Shown piece after piece: positions 1 to 15,164 of a stretch of DNA of 64,000 bases (the stretch's first letter is position 1; every line of letters starts with the position of its first letter). Where the stretch lies: positions 21,080,001 to 21,144,000 of the forward strand of contig NC_135907.1 in NCBI RefSeq assembly GCF_964194155.1, read 5' to 3'. The stretch comes from Cetorhinus maximus. Taxonomy: Eukaryota. The notes beneath the pieces were generated by a model. That model was given only the letters and a program-made list of their open reading frames with translations, did not search any database and was not told the DNA's origin. Both the position numbers and the translations under genes were made by a program.

Positions 1-650
1 GCCAATGAAGGAGAGCATTCCATATGCCTTCTTTACAACCTTGTCTACTTGAACTGCTGCCTTCAGGGACCTGTGTACTTGTACACCAAGATCTCTCACT
101 TCATCTACCCTTCTCAGTATATTCCCATTTATTGTGTAATCCCTGTAACTGTTTGACCTCCCTAAATGTATGACCTCACACTTCTCTACGTTAAAATCCA
201 TCTGCCACTTTACCGCCCACTCCGCCAACCCATCTATATCGTTTTGGAGATTATGACTATCCTCTACACTATCCACTACTCGGCCAATCTTTGTGTCATC
301 TGCAAATTTCCCAATCGTGCCCCCCACGTTCACGTCCAAATCATTAACACAAACTGCAAGGGTCCCAACACCGAGCCATGTGGAACACCACCTTAGACAA
401 CTTTCCATTCGCAAGGGCATCCATCGACCATTACCCTTTGTTTCCTGTTACAAAGCCAACCTTTTATCCAGTTTGCCACATTACCCTGAATCCCATGGGC
501 TTTTACTTTCCTGACCAATCTGCCTTGTCAAATGCCTGGCTAAAATCCATGTACACAACATCCACTGCACTACCTTCATCAACCCTTCTTGTCACTTCCT
601 CGAAGGATTCAATCAAATTTGTGAGGCAAGACCTTCCTTTAACAAATTCT
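1..650 (-). mobile_element. CR1-type LINE ORF2 fragment (degenerate)
   Basis: Plus-strand ORFs 166-662 read like the antisense frames typical of CR1 RT fragments (e.g. LSNAWLKSMYTTSTALPSSTLLVTSSK); no intact sense frame. Confidence 0.7.
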
Positions 651-738
651 CCTCTAGATTAAAAAGGAGAAAATCTATTCACAAAAGGCAATTAATTCAC
701 ACACTCCACAACCCCCCCCAAAGTTTATTCAAATCAAC

Positions 739-885
739 CTTGACGTCCTCCAGGATGATCCGGCCTCCACGTTTATTTTGGAATTTCATCAGTTTCTCAG
801 CGTGCTCCCGTTCCTCATGTGACTGCTCCTTGAAGAACTCAGCAAAGTGACGCAGGGCAACATCATCCCGGTCAAAGTAAAAGGA
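739..885 (-). pseudogene. Ferritin copy A: isolated exon 2 (exon 1 missing; exons 3-4 not in window)
   Basis: 147-nt exon with AG/GT encoding [49 protein letters not shown]; cognate promoter at 1428-1590 but no exon 1 sequence between them. Confidence 0.8.
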
Positions 886-1427
886 CTGGAGGGAGAGAAA
901 AAACAGAAGGGAGTCGTCAGGCAGATGTTATCCAATGGGAATGCAAAAATAGTACCAATATCATGGTAGATGAGTTACCCATTCTCTATCTCAATACTTT
1001 GCTTTCAATTAAAGGGGCTTACAGCTTAAGGAAACAATGTTTTCTTGCTAAAGAATTTGTTTCATTAGATGATGATGTTGAAAGACTCTATGAAATAAAC
1101 AAGGCACCTGGTTGTATTAGAAGACGTGAGTGAGCAATAATATTTCTTGGAAGTAGTAGTGATCTCAGCTATCAACCTGCACTTGGGTAAAGAAGGAACT
1201 TGAAGTTAAAGAGGAAAGCAGTTTGTTTTCAGCAGTTTAATATTGTCAGTGGCAAGTGCAGGGATCCAGCTTCAGGAATACCAGACAGGGTTGTCAGCAT
1301 TTTACTCAATTAGAAAATGAGATAAAAACTGGTCAGAACCAATGTTTTACTAATTAATTATCTCATTTTACCCAAGTTAGAAAAGTTGACGCACGCACGA
1401 GCGAGCGAGAGGAAGAGAGAAGCCTTG

Positions 1428-1590
1428 TATTTATACTACTGGACAGGGAATGACATCATCAATGATGATTGACAATCCTGGTTAGCCAATCAAGAATCTG
1501 CCATGAATCCAGGCACCAATTAACAAAGGAGAGTGGGTGGAGTGAGAGACCCAGAGCCAATTAGAGCTTTGGAATACAGGCAGTTTTGGA
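1428..1590 (-). promoter_or_regulatory. Ferritin-type promoter of copy A (TATAAATA plus CCAAT boxes)
   Basis: TATAAATA on minus strand at 1428-1435, TGACATCA and several CCAAT motifs; homologous to the promoters of the other copies. Confidence 0.7.
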
Positions 1591-1609
1591 TGATTATTCT
1601 GTGATTACA

Positions 1610-2720
1610 ATATAGGAACAGGAGGAGGCCATTCTGCCCTCCAGTCTGTTCCACCATTCAATTATATCATGACTGGTCTGTGTCTTAATGCCATTTGTCC
1701 ACCTTGGTTCCATATGCCTTCATAGCCTTAGCTAACAAAAACTACAATCTCTGTTTTGAAATGTTTATTTGATCAAAGTATTTTTGTGGGGGGGACTGTT
1801 CCAAACTTCCATTCTCCTTTATGTGAATAAACATTTCCTAATGTCAGCCCTGAATGGCCAAAATCTAAACATAAGATTATATCCCCTGTTCTAAAGGAAA
1901 TAATTTCTCTCTATTGACCTAATCAAATCTATCAATCATCATCAACATCACAATTATAATCATCCAGTAATCTTTTATGCTCAAGGGAATGCAAGACTAG
2001 TCTATGCAAACTGTCCTCATCATTTAACCCTTTTAGCCCTGGTATCATTCTGGTGAATCTGTGCTCCATCCCCTCCAAGGCTGATATATCAGAACTGAGC
2101 AAAGAACTACAGATGTGTTCCAACCAGAGATTTATGTAACTGTAGCAAAAACCTCCATCCCTTTCTATTCCATGATCCTTGAGATGAAAACTAACATTCT
2201 ATTTGCTTTTTGAACTAACTTCTGTACGTGTGCCTGAGGTTTTAGCAGTTTCTGTATGTGGACCCCTTAATCGCTCTGCACCTCCTCAGTTCCAAGCTCC
2301 TCACTATTTAGAAAACACACTGATTTTTTTATCTTTCTTGGCCCAAAGCGGATGATCTCGCTCTTCCTCACATTGAACTTCATCTACCAGGGTTTTACCT
2401 ACTCACTTAATCAATTCAAGTGACTTTGCAACTTTCTGTTCCCATCTGCAGGACTTATTGTACCCCCGAACTTAGTGTCGACAGCAATCATGGATATTCA
2501 GTTCTCTAACCCTTCATCGATGTCATTTAGAAATTTAATGAAAAGCTGAGGCCCCAGTACAGATCCTGGGGAAGAAAACTAATCACATCTCGACAATTGG
2601 CGTACACTTCCATTATCCCTCTCTCTCTCCCACCCCCTAACCAATTTCCCAACCATATCTAGAGGTTATACCAGATTCCATTTTTCCCCAATAATCTCTG
2701 ACATGGACCCTGTTCAATGA
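1610..2720 (-). mobile_element. CR1-type LINE 3' fragment (degenerate)
   Basis: Starts with a CR1 3'-tail-like sequence (ggaacaggaggaggccattc); minus ORF 1932-2123 DISALEGMEHRFTRMIPGLKGL...LHRLVLHSLE resembles the CR1 ORF2 C-terminus. Confidence 0.7.
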
Positions 2721-2789
2721 AGAATTCAACATTGGTTTTATTGAATTTACTCCAAGGCCCCCTTGTTCAGAGGGAATCTTTTTTTAAAA

Positions 2790-3045
2790 AGTGTCAGCCA
2801 CATTGCTATGGGTCTGGAGTCACACGTAGGCCAGATTTCCTTCCCTAAAAGACATTAGGAACCAAATGGTTTTTAACTACAATTGACAATGGTTTCATGG
2901 TCAGCATTAGACTTTTAAATCCAGATATTTATTGAATTCAAATTCCACCATCTGCCATAGTGAGATTCAAACCAGGGTCCCCAGGGCATTATCCTGAGTC
3001 TCTGGATTACCAGCCCAGTGACAACATCACTATGACACCACCAGG
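2790..3045 (-). mobile_element. tRNA-derived SINE (HE1-like), partial
   Basis: Reverse complement of the SINE at 3350-3700 (gtcactgg..agtaatccagagac..., tgtgactccagacc). Confidence 0.6.
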
Positions 3046-3349
3046 TAATTTCAGATGGTATCAAATATAATTGGATCTACATTAACCAATCACTTGGAGA
3101 ATTGACAGACAACTTGGCAGGATTGGGTTGGTGGTGTTCCAGGATACCAGAATTCAGAATGTTGACCGGATTGACCAGCAGACCATCCACACCAATCTCA
3201 AAAATCAATGACAATTGGGAGGTCAGGTTGGAGGAAATTTTCAAACATTAGTATTGCCTTTGAGGAATAAGCATGGGAGAGGGGGCATTAAACACATGAC
3301 AACTGCCACACTGATTAGTTAAACCTGGGTGTGGTCATTTAGGGAAATC

Positions 3350-3705
3350 TGTATAGTGGTAATGTCACTGGACTAGTAACCCAGAAGCCTAGGCTAATGC
3401 TCTGGGGAATACTGTCCCACCACAATAGCGGGTGGAACTTGAATTTAATTTTAAAAAATCTAATTGGAAGCTAGTCCCAGTAATGGTGACCACCATGAAA
3501 CTGATCAATTGTGTTAAAAACCCATCTTGTTTACCAATACCCTTTGGATAAGGATGACAGATTTTCTTCCCCAAGTCTGGCTTACATGTGACTCCAGACC
3601 CACAGCAATGTGCTTGACTCTTAACTGGTAGAGAAGCCACTCAGTTCAAGGGCATTTAGGGATGGGTAACAATGCCACTGGCAAGAATGGTGTCTCATCC
3701 CATGA
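3350..3705 (+). mobile_element. tRNA-derived SINE (HE1-like)
   Basis: tRNA-like head (tagtggtaatgtcactggactagtaacccaga), central tgtgactccagacccacagcaatg, and a 3' tail (agggcatttagggatggg) shared with the HER1-like LINE fragments. Confidence 0.65.
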
Positions 3706-4349
3706 GAGAGAGAGTTAGAAACCACAGAAAGAGTGGACATTTTAGGAAATCATGAAATAAAATTCCCATTATAGACACACAGAAGCTGATATATCAGTGC
3801 TTGAGGTGCAAACAATCCATCCAAAGACAGAATCCAAAAAAGGTGGTTAATGCTGTATTATATATACACAGGCCTAAACCAGTGAGATTTGTGACAATCT
3901 GAACAGAGTCACTTGAACTGCCCAGACTTATGCACAAGTCTAAATCAGATTCAGGGAAAAGGGACTAGCATAAGCGAAGACACTAATTCACCCCTTCCCC
4001 TGAGAAAACCTCAACTATGACGTTGATCTGGATGTAGGAATAACCCTCCAGTAGAATTGCCGTTTTACAGTTGAAGTCTAACAAAGCTTCTTGGTGAGAA
4101 TTGGGAGATGCAAGCATTTAAATCAAGCTAAGAAATCAGAGAGATGGGGAGAAAAGCATGAAAGCAAAGATGTAGAAAAAAGTCTTAATGGGAAGATGTT
4201 ATTGCTAGGTATCATTACTAATGATTAAAAAGAAAAACAGTTTAAATGAACACTTTTATTTTATATTCAGTAAGAGGAAACTGAACTAGTATTGGGTTAC
4301 ACTTTCATTTCCACAATATAGATCAATAAGTGGGATTTCAAAAACCCAG

Positions 4350-6350
<2,001 letters not shown>

Positions 6351-6391
6351 CTAGAAAGTTCCAGAACTGACCCTTCTAACACAAGCTCTTG

Positions 6392-6545
6392 TATTTATAA
6401 TACTGGGCCAGCGACAATGATGATTGACAATTCCCAATAGCCAATCAGGAATCTGCCATGATTCCAGGCACCAATAAGGGAGAAGGGGTTGGGGTGTGAT
6501 TCCCAGAGCCAATCAGCTTTGGAATGCAGGCAGTTTTGGATGATT
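6392..6545 (-). promoter_or_regulatory. Promoter of ferritin copy B
   Basis: TATAAATA (6392-6399, minus) about 60 nt upstream of the ATG, with three CCAAT motifs. Confidence 0.7.
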
Positions 6546-6559
6546 ATTCTGTGATTGCA

Positions 6560-7610
6560 ATGTAGGAAGAGGAGGAGGCCATTCAGCCCCTCCAGTCTGT
6601 TCCACCATTCAATTATATCATAGCTGGTCTGAATTTAATTCCATTTGTCCACTTTGGTTCCATATGCCTTCCTACCTTTACCTATCAAAAAGCTAAAAAG
6701 CTCGGTTTTGAAATTTTTCCTTATTCCCAATGTTCCAGGCAGAAAGTGTCTAGATTCCCATTTTCCTTTGTGTGAGGAATTGCTTCCTAGCATTGCCCTT
6801 AAGTGGCTAAGACCTAATCTGAAGATTACATCCCCTTTTCCAGAGCAAGTTGTTTCTCTCCATCTACTTTATCAAATCTATTCATCAACTTCAATACCCC
6901 AATTATAAATATCCCATATTCTTGTGTACTCAAGGGAATGTGAGACTATTCTGTCCAAACTGTCCTCATAATTTAAGCCCTTTACACCTGGTACCATTCT
7001 GTTGAATGTGCGTTGCCCTCATTCCGAGACTAATACGTAAGAACTGAACACTGTACTCCGGATGAGATCTATCCCGTACTTTATATAACTGTAGCAGGAC
7101 ATCCACTCTTTTATATTCCAGCTCCCTTGAGGTGAAGGCTGAAATTCTATTAGTCTTTTCAATTTGTTTTTCTTTCTATCCATTAATTTTTAGAAATTTC
7201 TGTACCATTTCCTCCCCATTTAGTAAATACTCTGATTTATCTTTCTGGATTCAAAGTAAATGTCCTCACACTGAACTCTCTCTCTGCCACAGTTTTTCCC
7301 ACTCGCTTTATCAATGTCCTCTGCAACCTCCCTCTCCCATCTGTACTATTTATTGTGCCATCTAACTTAATGTCATCAGGAAACTTGAATATATGGCTCT
7401 CGATTCCTTTTTCTACGCTATTTATAAAGATAATGAGAAACAGAGGCCCCTTCACTGATCCTGAGGAGATGACTAGTCCCATCCTACCAATTCGAGTGCA
7501 CATCCATTACACCTACTCTCTTCTTCCTATATCCTAACTAATTTCCAACAATGTTTAAAGGTTGTATCCAATTGCCATGTTCCTAATAATCTATGGTGTG
7601 GAACTTTGTC
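6560..7610 (-). mobile_element. CR1-type LINE 3' fragment, same insertion position as the one upstream of copy A
   Basis: Paralogous to 1610-2720; minus ORF 7237-7503 GPLFLIIFIN...FKFPDDIKL is a decayed RT FADD region. Confidence 0.7.
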
Positions 7611-7805
7611 AGTGATGTAATTGTGGTTGGTTTCTTTGACTTTCCTCAAGCTGAATCTGATAGTGTGTCTTCTCAGAATCAGAGCTTCACAATATATCTC
7701 AGATTGATGGGTTTGCAAATGGGAATTCCACCCTGTAGATAGTGTTGAACACAACTGGATCCATGTTAACCAGCTCATTGAAGAGGATCTTGGACGACAG
7801 GCGGG

Positions 7806-8420
7806 TGTTATGGCACAGCCGATGGTAAATGCTGAGCTGCTCAAATCCCAACTTGAAACAACTGCCAGAACGGTTTTCGAATTTGTATAATTTTCGAGAT
7901 GTGGGCTTTGAATGGACTAGTAATGAGGCCGCCGAGTCTGCTAGGTTTCTTACAAAACTAAATTAAACCTTTATGAATAGAAGAAGTGATTTGAAGTACC
8001 TACATAGATCTACAAATTACTACTATGATAACTTCTAAATCTCCTGAACAATTTAACTCCCAATTACATTTTCGTTAAGGCAACAGTAAGACACATAGCT
8101 TTTAAAAGACCCAGGCAAAGTAATTCACGATACCCTGAAACAGTCGAATTCAAAGTGATTTTTCTTAACTTCAGTTCTCTTTAGACAGCAGCTTGAGGTT
8201 TAGATCCTGGAGGCTTTTTACACTCATTAGATCTTAGAGTGCCTTCCCTTGCTCACAGCCTTCTCTCCTTTACCCCTATTTTCCCCTTTGAATACAAATT
8301 CCCATTGTTTCACTATGTCTTTGGACTTTACCTCTCTATTGGTAAAATTTTCGGCACAAATCTACCAGTAATCTTTGAGAAAAATATACGCATGCTTTCT
8401 TAACATCTCCTGGCTAGGTT
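7806..8420 (-). mobile_element. LTR-like repeat (partial), same family as 25836-26560 and 47230-47748
   Basis: Starts tgttatggcacagccgatggtaaatgctgag, near-identical to 25836 and reverse-complementary to the ...accaaatgcagtcataaca end at 47748. Confidence 0.5.
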
Positions 8421-8427
8421 TTATACC

Positions 8428-9380
8428 CACAATGTAGGGTGTTTTGGCTACCTGCCCCAAATATTTTTGCATTTGCTCATCCAAGATTCTAAGCACATGT
8501 CTTGGAGTAGAGAGGTGGAGGCAGCAGCTGAACAAATGCCCACCTGCCTAAATGTAGTTATATGTCTATCGCAACCCAACCTCCACCAAAAAAAAAACAG
8601 TGAGTGGTTTGTGACAGTCTAGTCTAGTCTAGTATAACATACCTCAATCGCATGTCTTACAAAATGCAAGTCTGAAGCAGATACTCTCCAGACTGAGGAG
8701 AAAATAAAAAGCGAATGCACTAATAGTGTCCTTTCCCAGTTTCACCTGTTTCACCAATAACATGAGAAGTATTATATCTTCCTGACAGGAGGTGGGGTCC
8801 AAAGCACGTCCATAACAAAAACTTCCACAATGTTGATCGCAAAAGAATGAAAGAGGCCAAGTTACATCAGACAATAACCAACCAACGAACTGGAAAATGG
8901 AATGTGCATCAGTGCAGAGTTTCAAACTGAACTCTTCACTAAACTGCAATGTGGAGTTTTAACCCCATCAAACTTGAGCTGCAAAATCCTGTGTTTTGCC
9001 CCTTCCGCAAGTCTCAAGTTTGAGACTGTGGAATGAGGAATGATTTTATACCCGCAATGTAGTGTGTTTGGCTACTTGCCCCAAATATTTCTGCATTTGC
9101 TCACCCAAGATTCTAAGTACATCTCTTGGAGAAGAGAGGTGCAGGCAGCAGCTGAACAAATGCCCACCTGCCTAAACGTGGTCAATCTTTGATTCTATAG
9201 CAACCTGACCTCCCAACCCCCACCAAAAAAAACCAGTGAGTGGTTTGTAACAATCTAGTATAAAATACCTCAAATCCCACATGTCTTACAAAATGCAAAT
9301 CTGAAGCAGAGACTCTCCAGACTGAGGAGATAATAAAAACAAGTGAATGCACTAATTGTGTCCTTTCCCAGTTTCACCTG
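8428..9380. repeat. Local direct duplication of about 325 bp (8428-8750 and 9054-9380)
   Basis: caatgtag..ggctac.tgccccaaatatt ... cctttcccagtttcacctg occurs twice, separated by about 300 bp of unrelated sequence. Confidence 0.85.
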
Positions 9381-9599
9381 CAGCTACTAGAAAGCCCCTT
9401 TGCAGCAGGAATTGAGAGAATACAGTTGCAGAAATTGCAGACTTCAGAAATTCCCTGCAAGCTTTTTAGTGATGAGCAGAAGTCAGTAAACTAGCCTGGG
9501 CAGGCATTGGATCAAATCTAGGAAGTTGGACAGATATGTTAAAATTTTAAATGAAATCACATTTTTTCCCAAGAATCTTTGCGAACTGGGTTTGACAAT

Positions 9600-10350
9600 G
9601 GTATAATAGTAATTCCTCAGGACCAATAAGCCAAGGACCAGGCTAACACTCTAGGACATGGGTTCAAATGCCATAATGGCAGCTGGTGAAATTTAACTCC
9701 AAGAAATCTAGAATTGAGAAGCTAGTCCTTGGTAACGATGACCATGTATTGTTGTTAAAACTCATCTGACTCACTCATGTTCTTTAGGGAAGGAAAGCTG
9801 CCATCCTTACCTGGTCTGACCTTTGTTTATGACAATTTTCATGGGCACGAGGAATGATTGGAGAAGTTGGGACTTGGAGAGAAGGACAAGAGGAGACTGG
9901 TCAAGTTTTCAAAACCATGAGGGGTCTGGGCAGAGTAGATAGGGTGACACTGTTCCTGCTTGTAAACTGATCGAGAACCAGAGGACATAGTTTTAAAGTG
10001 TTTTTCGAAAGAAGCAACTGCAGAGGGGGTGAAAAAGGAAACTTTGTCCACACAGCGAGTAGCTAGAGTTCCCAATGCACAGCCCGGAAGTGTGGTGGAG
10101 GTAGGTTCAATCGAAGCATTGTATAGGGACAGGGGGACAAGAGGAAAAGGCAGGAGGTTGGCATCAAGTTAAAATGCTCCGAGCTGATGCAGACACAATA
10201 ATGACACTCCTACATTGTAACAATTATGATACATGTGACTCCAGATCCACAGAAACTGTTGACTCAACCACCCTCTGAAACGATCCAGCAAGCCACTCAG
10301 GGGAAACAAATGCTGCCCTTGCCAGCAAGGCCAGTCCCACAAAAGGAATT
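9600..10350 (+). mobile_element. HE1-like SINE interrupted by a CR1 3' fragment (about 9830-10225)
   Basis: SINE head/body at 9600-9820, CR1-like gagaagttgggacttg...ggacatagttttaaagtg segment, then SINE resumes at acatgtgactccagatcc (about 10230). Confidence 0.55.
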
Positions 10351-10462
10351 AAAATTAGCTGAAGAATTATGGAGATAACAACTAGTTCCATGAATACGGA
10401 TTTATTTCCATAATCAGTAACAGAAATCAGGATTGGATTACAATTCAACTCCAAAATCCCAG

Positions 10463-11055
10463 TCAATGAAGAGTGAGCATGTCCAACAGGTACTCTCCCA
10501 TACCATTCTCAGGGGCTCCCAGTCTCTTCAGGTTGGTGATGTGATCTCCAAGCTTCTTGACCATCTTCACTTGCTCATCCAAGTAGTGAGTCTCCAGGAA
10601 GTCACAAAACTGAAAGAAAGACAATGGGAGAGAAATTAAAGATATTAGAGGGGGTCTTTCCTGGATGAAAATAAGATAAGAACTTTTGTCACGGAGTAAA
10701 AACACTGCTCATGGGTTATGCAGGTAATTCTGGTTAAAATGTGCCCAGGTAGAAAGTCAATTCCAATCAACTGGGAGTGAGTGAGTGACTCAAGAAACAG
10801 ATCTCACAATCTAAATGCCTGGGAACTGGGATCCAGGTCTACAAGGTTTCCATTAGTCATTTACAGTCTTCATTGGAAACCTATATGCAATTCTAGAGTG
10901 AAGGGCAGATTCCAATATCAGCAACTTACATGAGGGTCAGTGTTCCCCAAGGAGAGCTTGTGCAGATCCAGCAGACTCTGGTTCACATTCTTCTCCATCT
11001 GCAGAGCTCTCTGCATTGTCTCCAGACCATTGCTCCACTCATCCTACTCTGGTTT
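10463..11055 (-). pseudogene. Ferritin copy C: exons 3-4 only, premature stop
   Basis: Exon 3 11055-10930 has CAG>TAG at 11046-11044; exon 4 10609-10463 [13 protein letters not shown]...LTLH*; exons 1-2 not found upstream. Confidence 0.88.
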
Positions 11056-11959
11056 CTGAAAGGGGAAGAGAAGTCTTGTTAGTGCTACTGGGAATTGGAA
11101 AATTCTTAGGATGCTCTATTGGAAACCAATACTGGACATTGGATCAGTCCATTGGCTAAGAGTGAGATCACAGATTCATAAAGCCCAAAGTCTTTTTTTG
11201 GGGAAATGACTCACCCATAAAAGTGCACATCTCTACATCAGTCTTAGCCAAGCACTAAAGTTTAAGCCATTAGTTTGCTGCACAGGAACACGAGGAACCC
11301 ATCCTTTTGATCCTTCTCTAGCCATTTGGTTAGGATGGTCAAGTACCAAAGCCACACCAACTCATCCCCTGCCCATTCTCAAGTCAATAGTAGCTGTTTT
11401 AGTCACTTCAGATACGAGGAACCAGAGGATGTAGTAGTAGTAGGTAAACTATTTAAAAATAAGATTCAATAATAGCTTTGAAGAGAGAATTGGGTATGCA
11501 CATGAGAAGGAAATAAATTGCAGTGTTATGGGGAAAGAGCAGGGGAGTGGGACTATTAAGGAAGTTATTTCAAAGATCCAGCACAGGTCTCACTGATTGA
11601 ATGGCCTCTTCCTGTGCTTTCTGAATCCATGGTGAGTTAAAGAACATCCGAATATCATTTCAATCAGATTCAAATCATCTCCAGCCACACTGAAAGTTGA
11701 CCATTAAAGGACACATCTAACATACAACATTGACAGGCAGGAAAAGACCAGCTTCTCCATAAGGCCTGTCCCAAAACCCACTGCAGCAAATGGAGACGTG
11801 TCTGTGGGTGACACTGGATTCAGTGATGTTCACTCCCTCTCACTCTCACATTTCCATTTCTCTGTCCAATGGTTGCTTTGAAAATTCCCTCATGACGACT
11901 TGATTGCTTTGAATATTGTATCAGCTTCACAATTCATTGCAAGGGGAATAAGAGAGAAA

Positions 11960-12690
11960 CCGACACTCTCACCTTGATATTCAATGGGCTTTACGATTGC
12001 TGAATGCCCCACCATCAACATCCTGGGGGTCATATATTGACCAGAAACTGAACTGGACCAGCCTCATGAATATTGTTGCTACAAGAGCACTTAAGAGGCT
12101 GGGATTTCTGTGGTGAGCAACTCACCTCCTGACTCCCCAAAGCCTGTCCACCACCTGCACAAGTAAGGAGCATGATGGGATACTCCCCACTTGCCTGGAT
12201 GTGTGCTGCTCCATCAACACTCAAGAAGCTCAAAACCATCCACAACAAAGCAGTCCCGCTTGCTCATCACCCCATCCACCACCTTAAACATTCACTTCCT
12301 CCACCACCGATGCACAGTAGCAGCAGTGTGTGTACCATCTACAAGATGCACTGCAGGAACTCACCAAGGCTCCTTCAACAGCACCTTTCAAACCCACGAC
12401 CTCTACCACCGAGAAATACAAGGGCAGCAGATGAATGGGAACATCACCACTTGCAAGTTCCACTCCAAGTCACACACCATCCTGACTTGGAACTATATCG
12501 CCGTTCATTCACTGTCGCTGGGTCAAAATCATGGAAAGCCCTTCCTAACAGCACTGTGGTTACATCTACACCACATGGACTGTAGCGGTTCAAGAGTGTG
12601 GATCACCACCACCTTCTCAAGGGCATTTGGCAGTGGGCAATAAATGTTGTTCTAGCCAGCGACACCCAGATCCTGTGAAAGAATAATAAG
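11960..12690 (+). mobile_element. HER1-like LINE 3' fragment
   Basis: Broken frames MMGYSPLAWMCAAPSTLKKL / WNYIAVHSLSLGQN; ends in the agggcatttggcagtgggcaataaatg...gccagcgacacc tail shared with the SINEs. Confidence 0.7.
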
Positions 12691-12794
12691 TCGTAATAAA
12701 CTTGACCAGATTATGAAAAGCCACTTCAGCAAAAGTAACAATTTATTATTAAATTGTAATGAGAGTTAAACCGCAAGATAATTTCAGATTTGAC

Positions 12795-12938
12795 GCAGTG
12801 ACATCATCGATAATAATGTCACAAACCTATCTGTATTCCAAAGCTCTGATTGGCTCTGGGAAACCCCAACGCCCTCCTTTGTTCATTGGTGCCTGGATTC
12901 ATGGCAGATTCCTGATTGGCTATCCAGTAGTATAAATA
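12795..12938 (+). promoter_or_regulatory. Promoter of ferritin copy D
   Basis: TGACATCA, three inverted CCAAT (ATTGG) boxes, TATAAATA at 12931-12938. Confidence 0.7.
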
Positions 12939-13008
12939 CAGGAGCCTGGGTTAGAGAGGAGGTCACATTGTTGTTTGAACTTACTTTCTACCACCTTAAA
13001 AGGTTACA

Positions 13009-14879
<1,871 letters not shown>

Positions 14880-15164
14880 ACTGACTGCAGGGAACAATCT
14901 TATTGTTTGCTATTGTATTTGAACAGCCTGAGGTAGTTCAAGGAACTGTTCAGATTTGGGCTTCATTGTGAATGCTAACCCTAAATAAATAAAATATGGA
15001 CTGCATTTTGGCTCATGTTTCTTGTAAATAGTTGTTTGTTTTCAGATTTATACAGTTTGCAAATGAGGTAAATGTTGACAGTCTCTAATTTGGGGTAAGC
15101 CTATTCTGAGTAGAAATGCTGCCTTGCATTGATCTAGTGCCTTTGCACAACCAAACTTGCGAGA

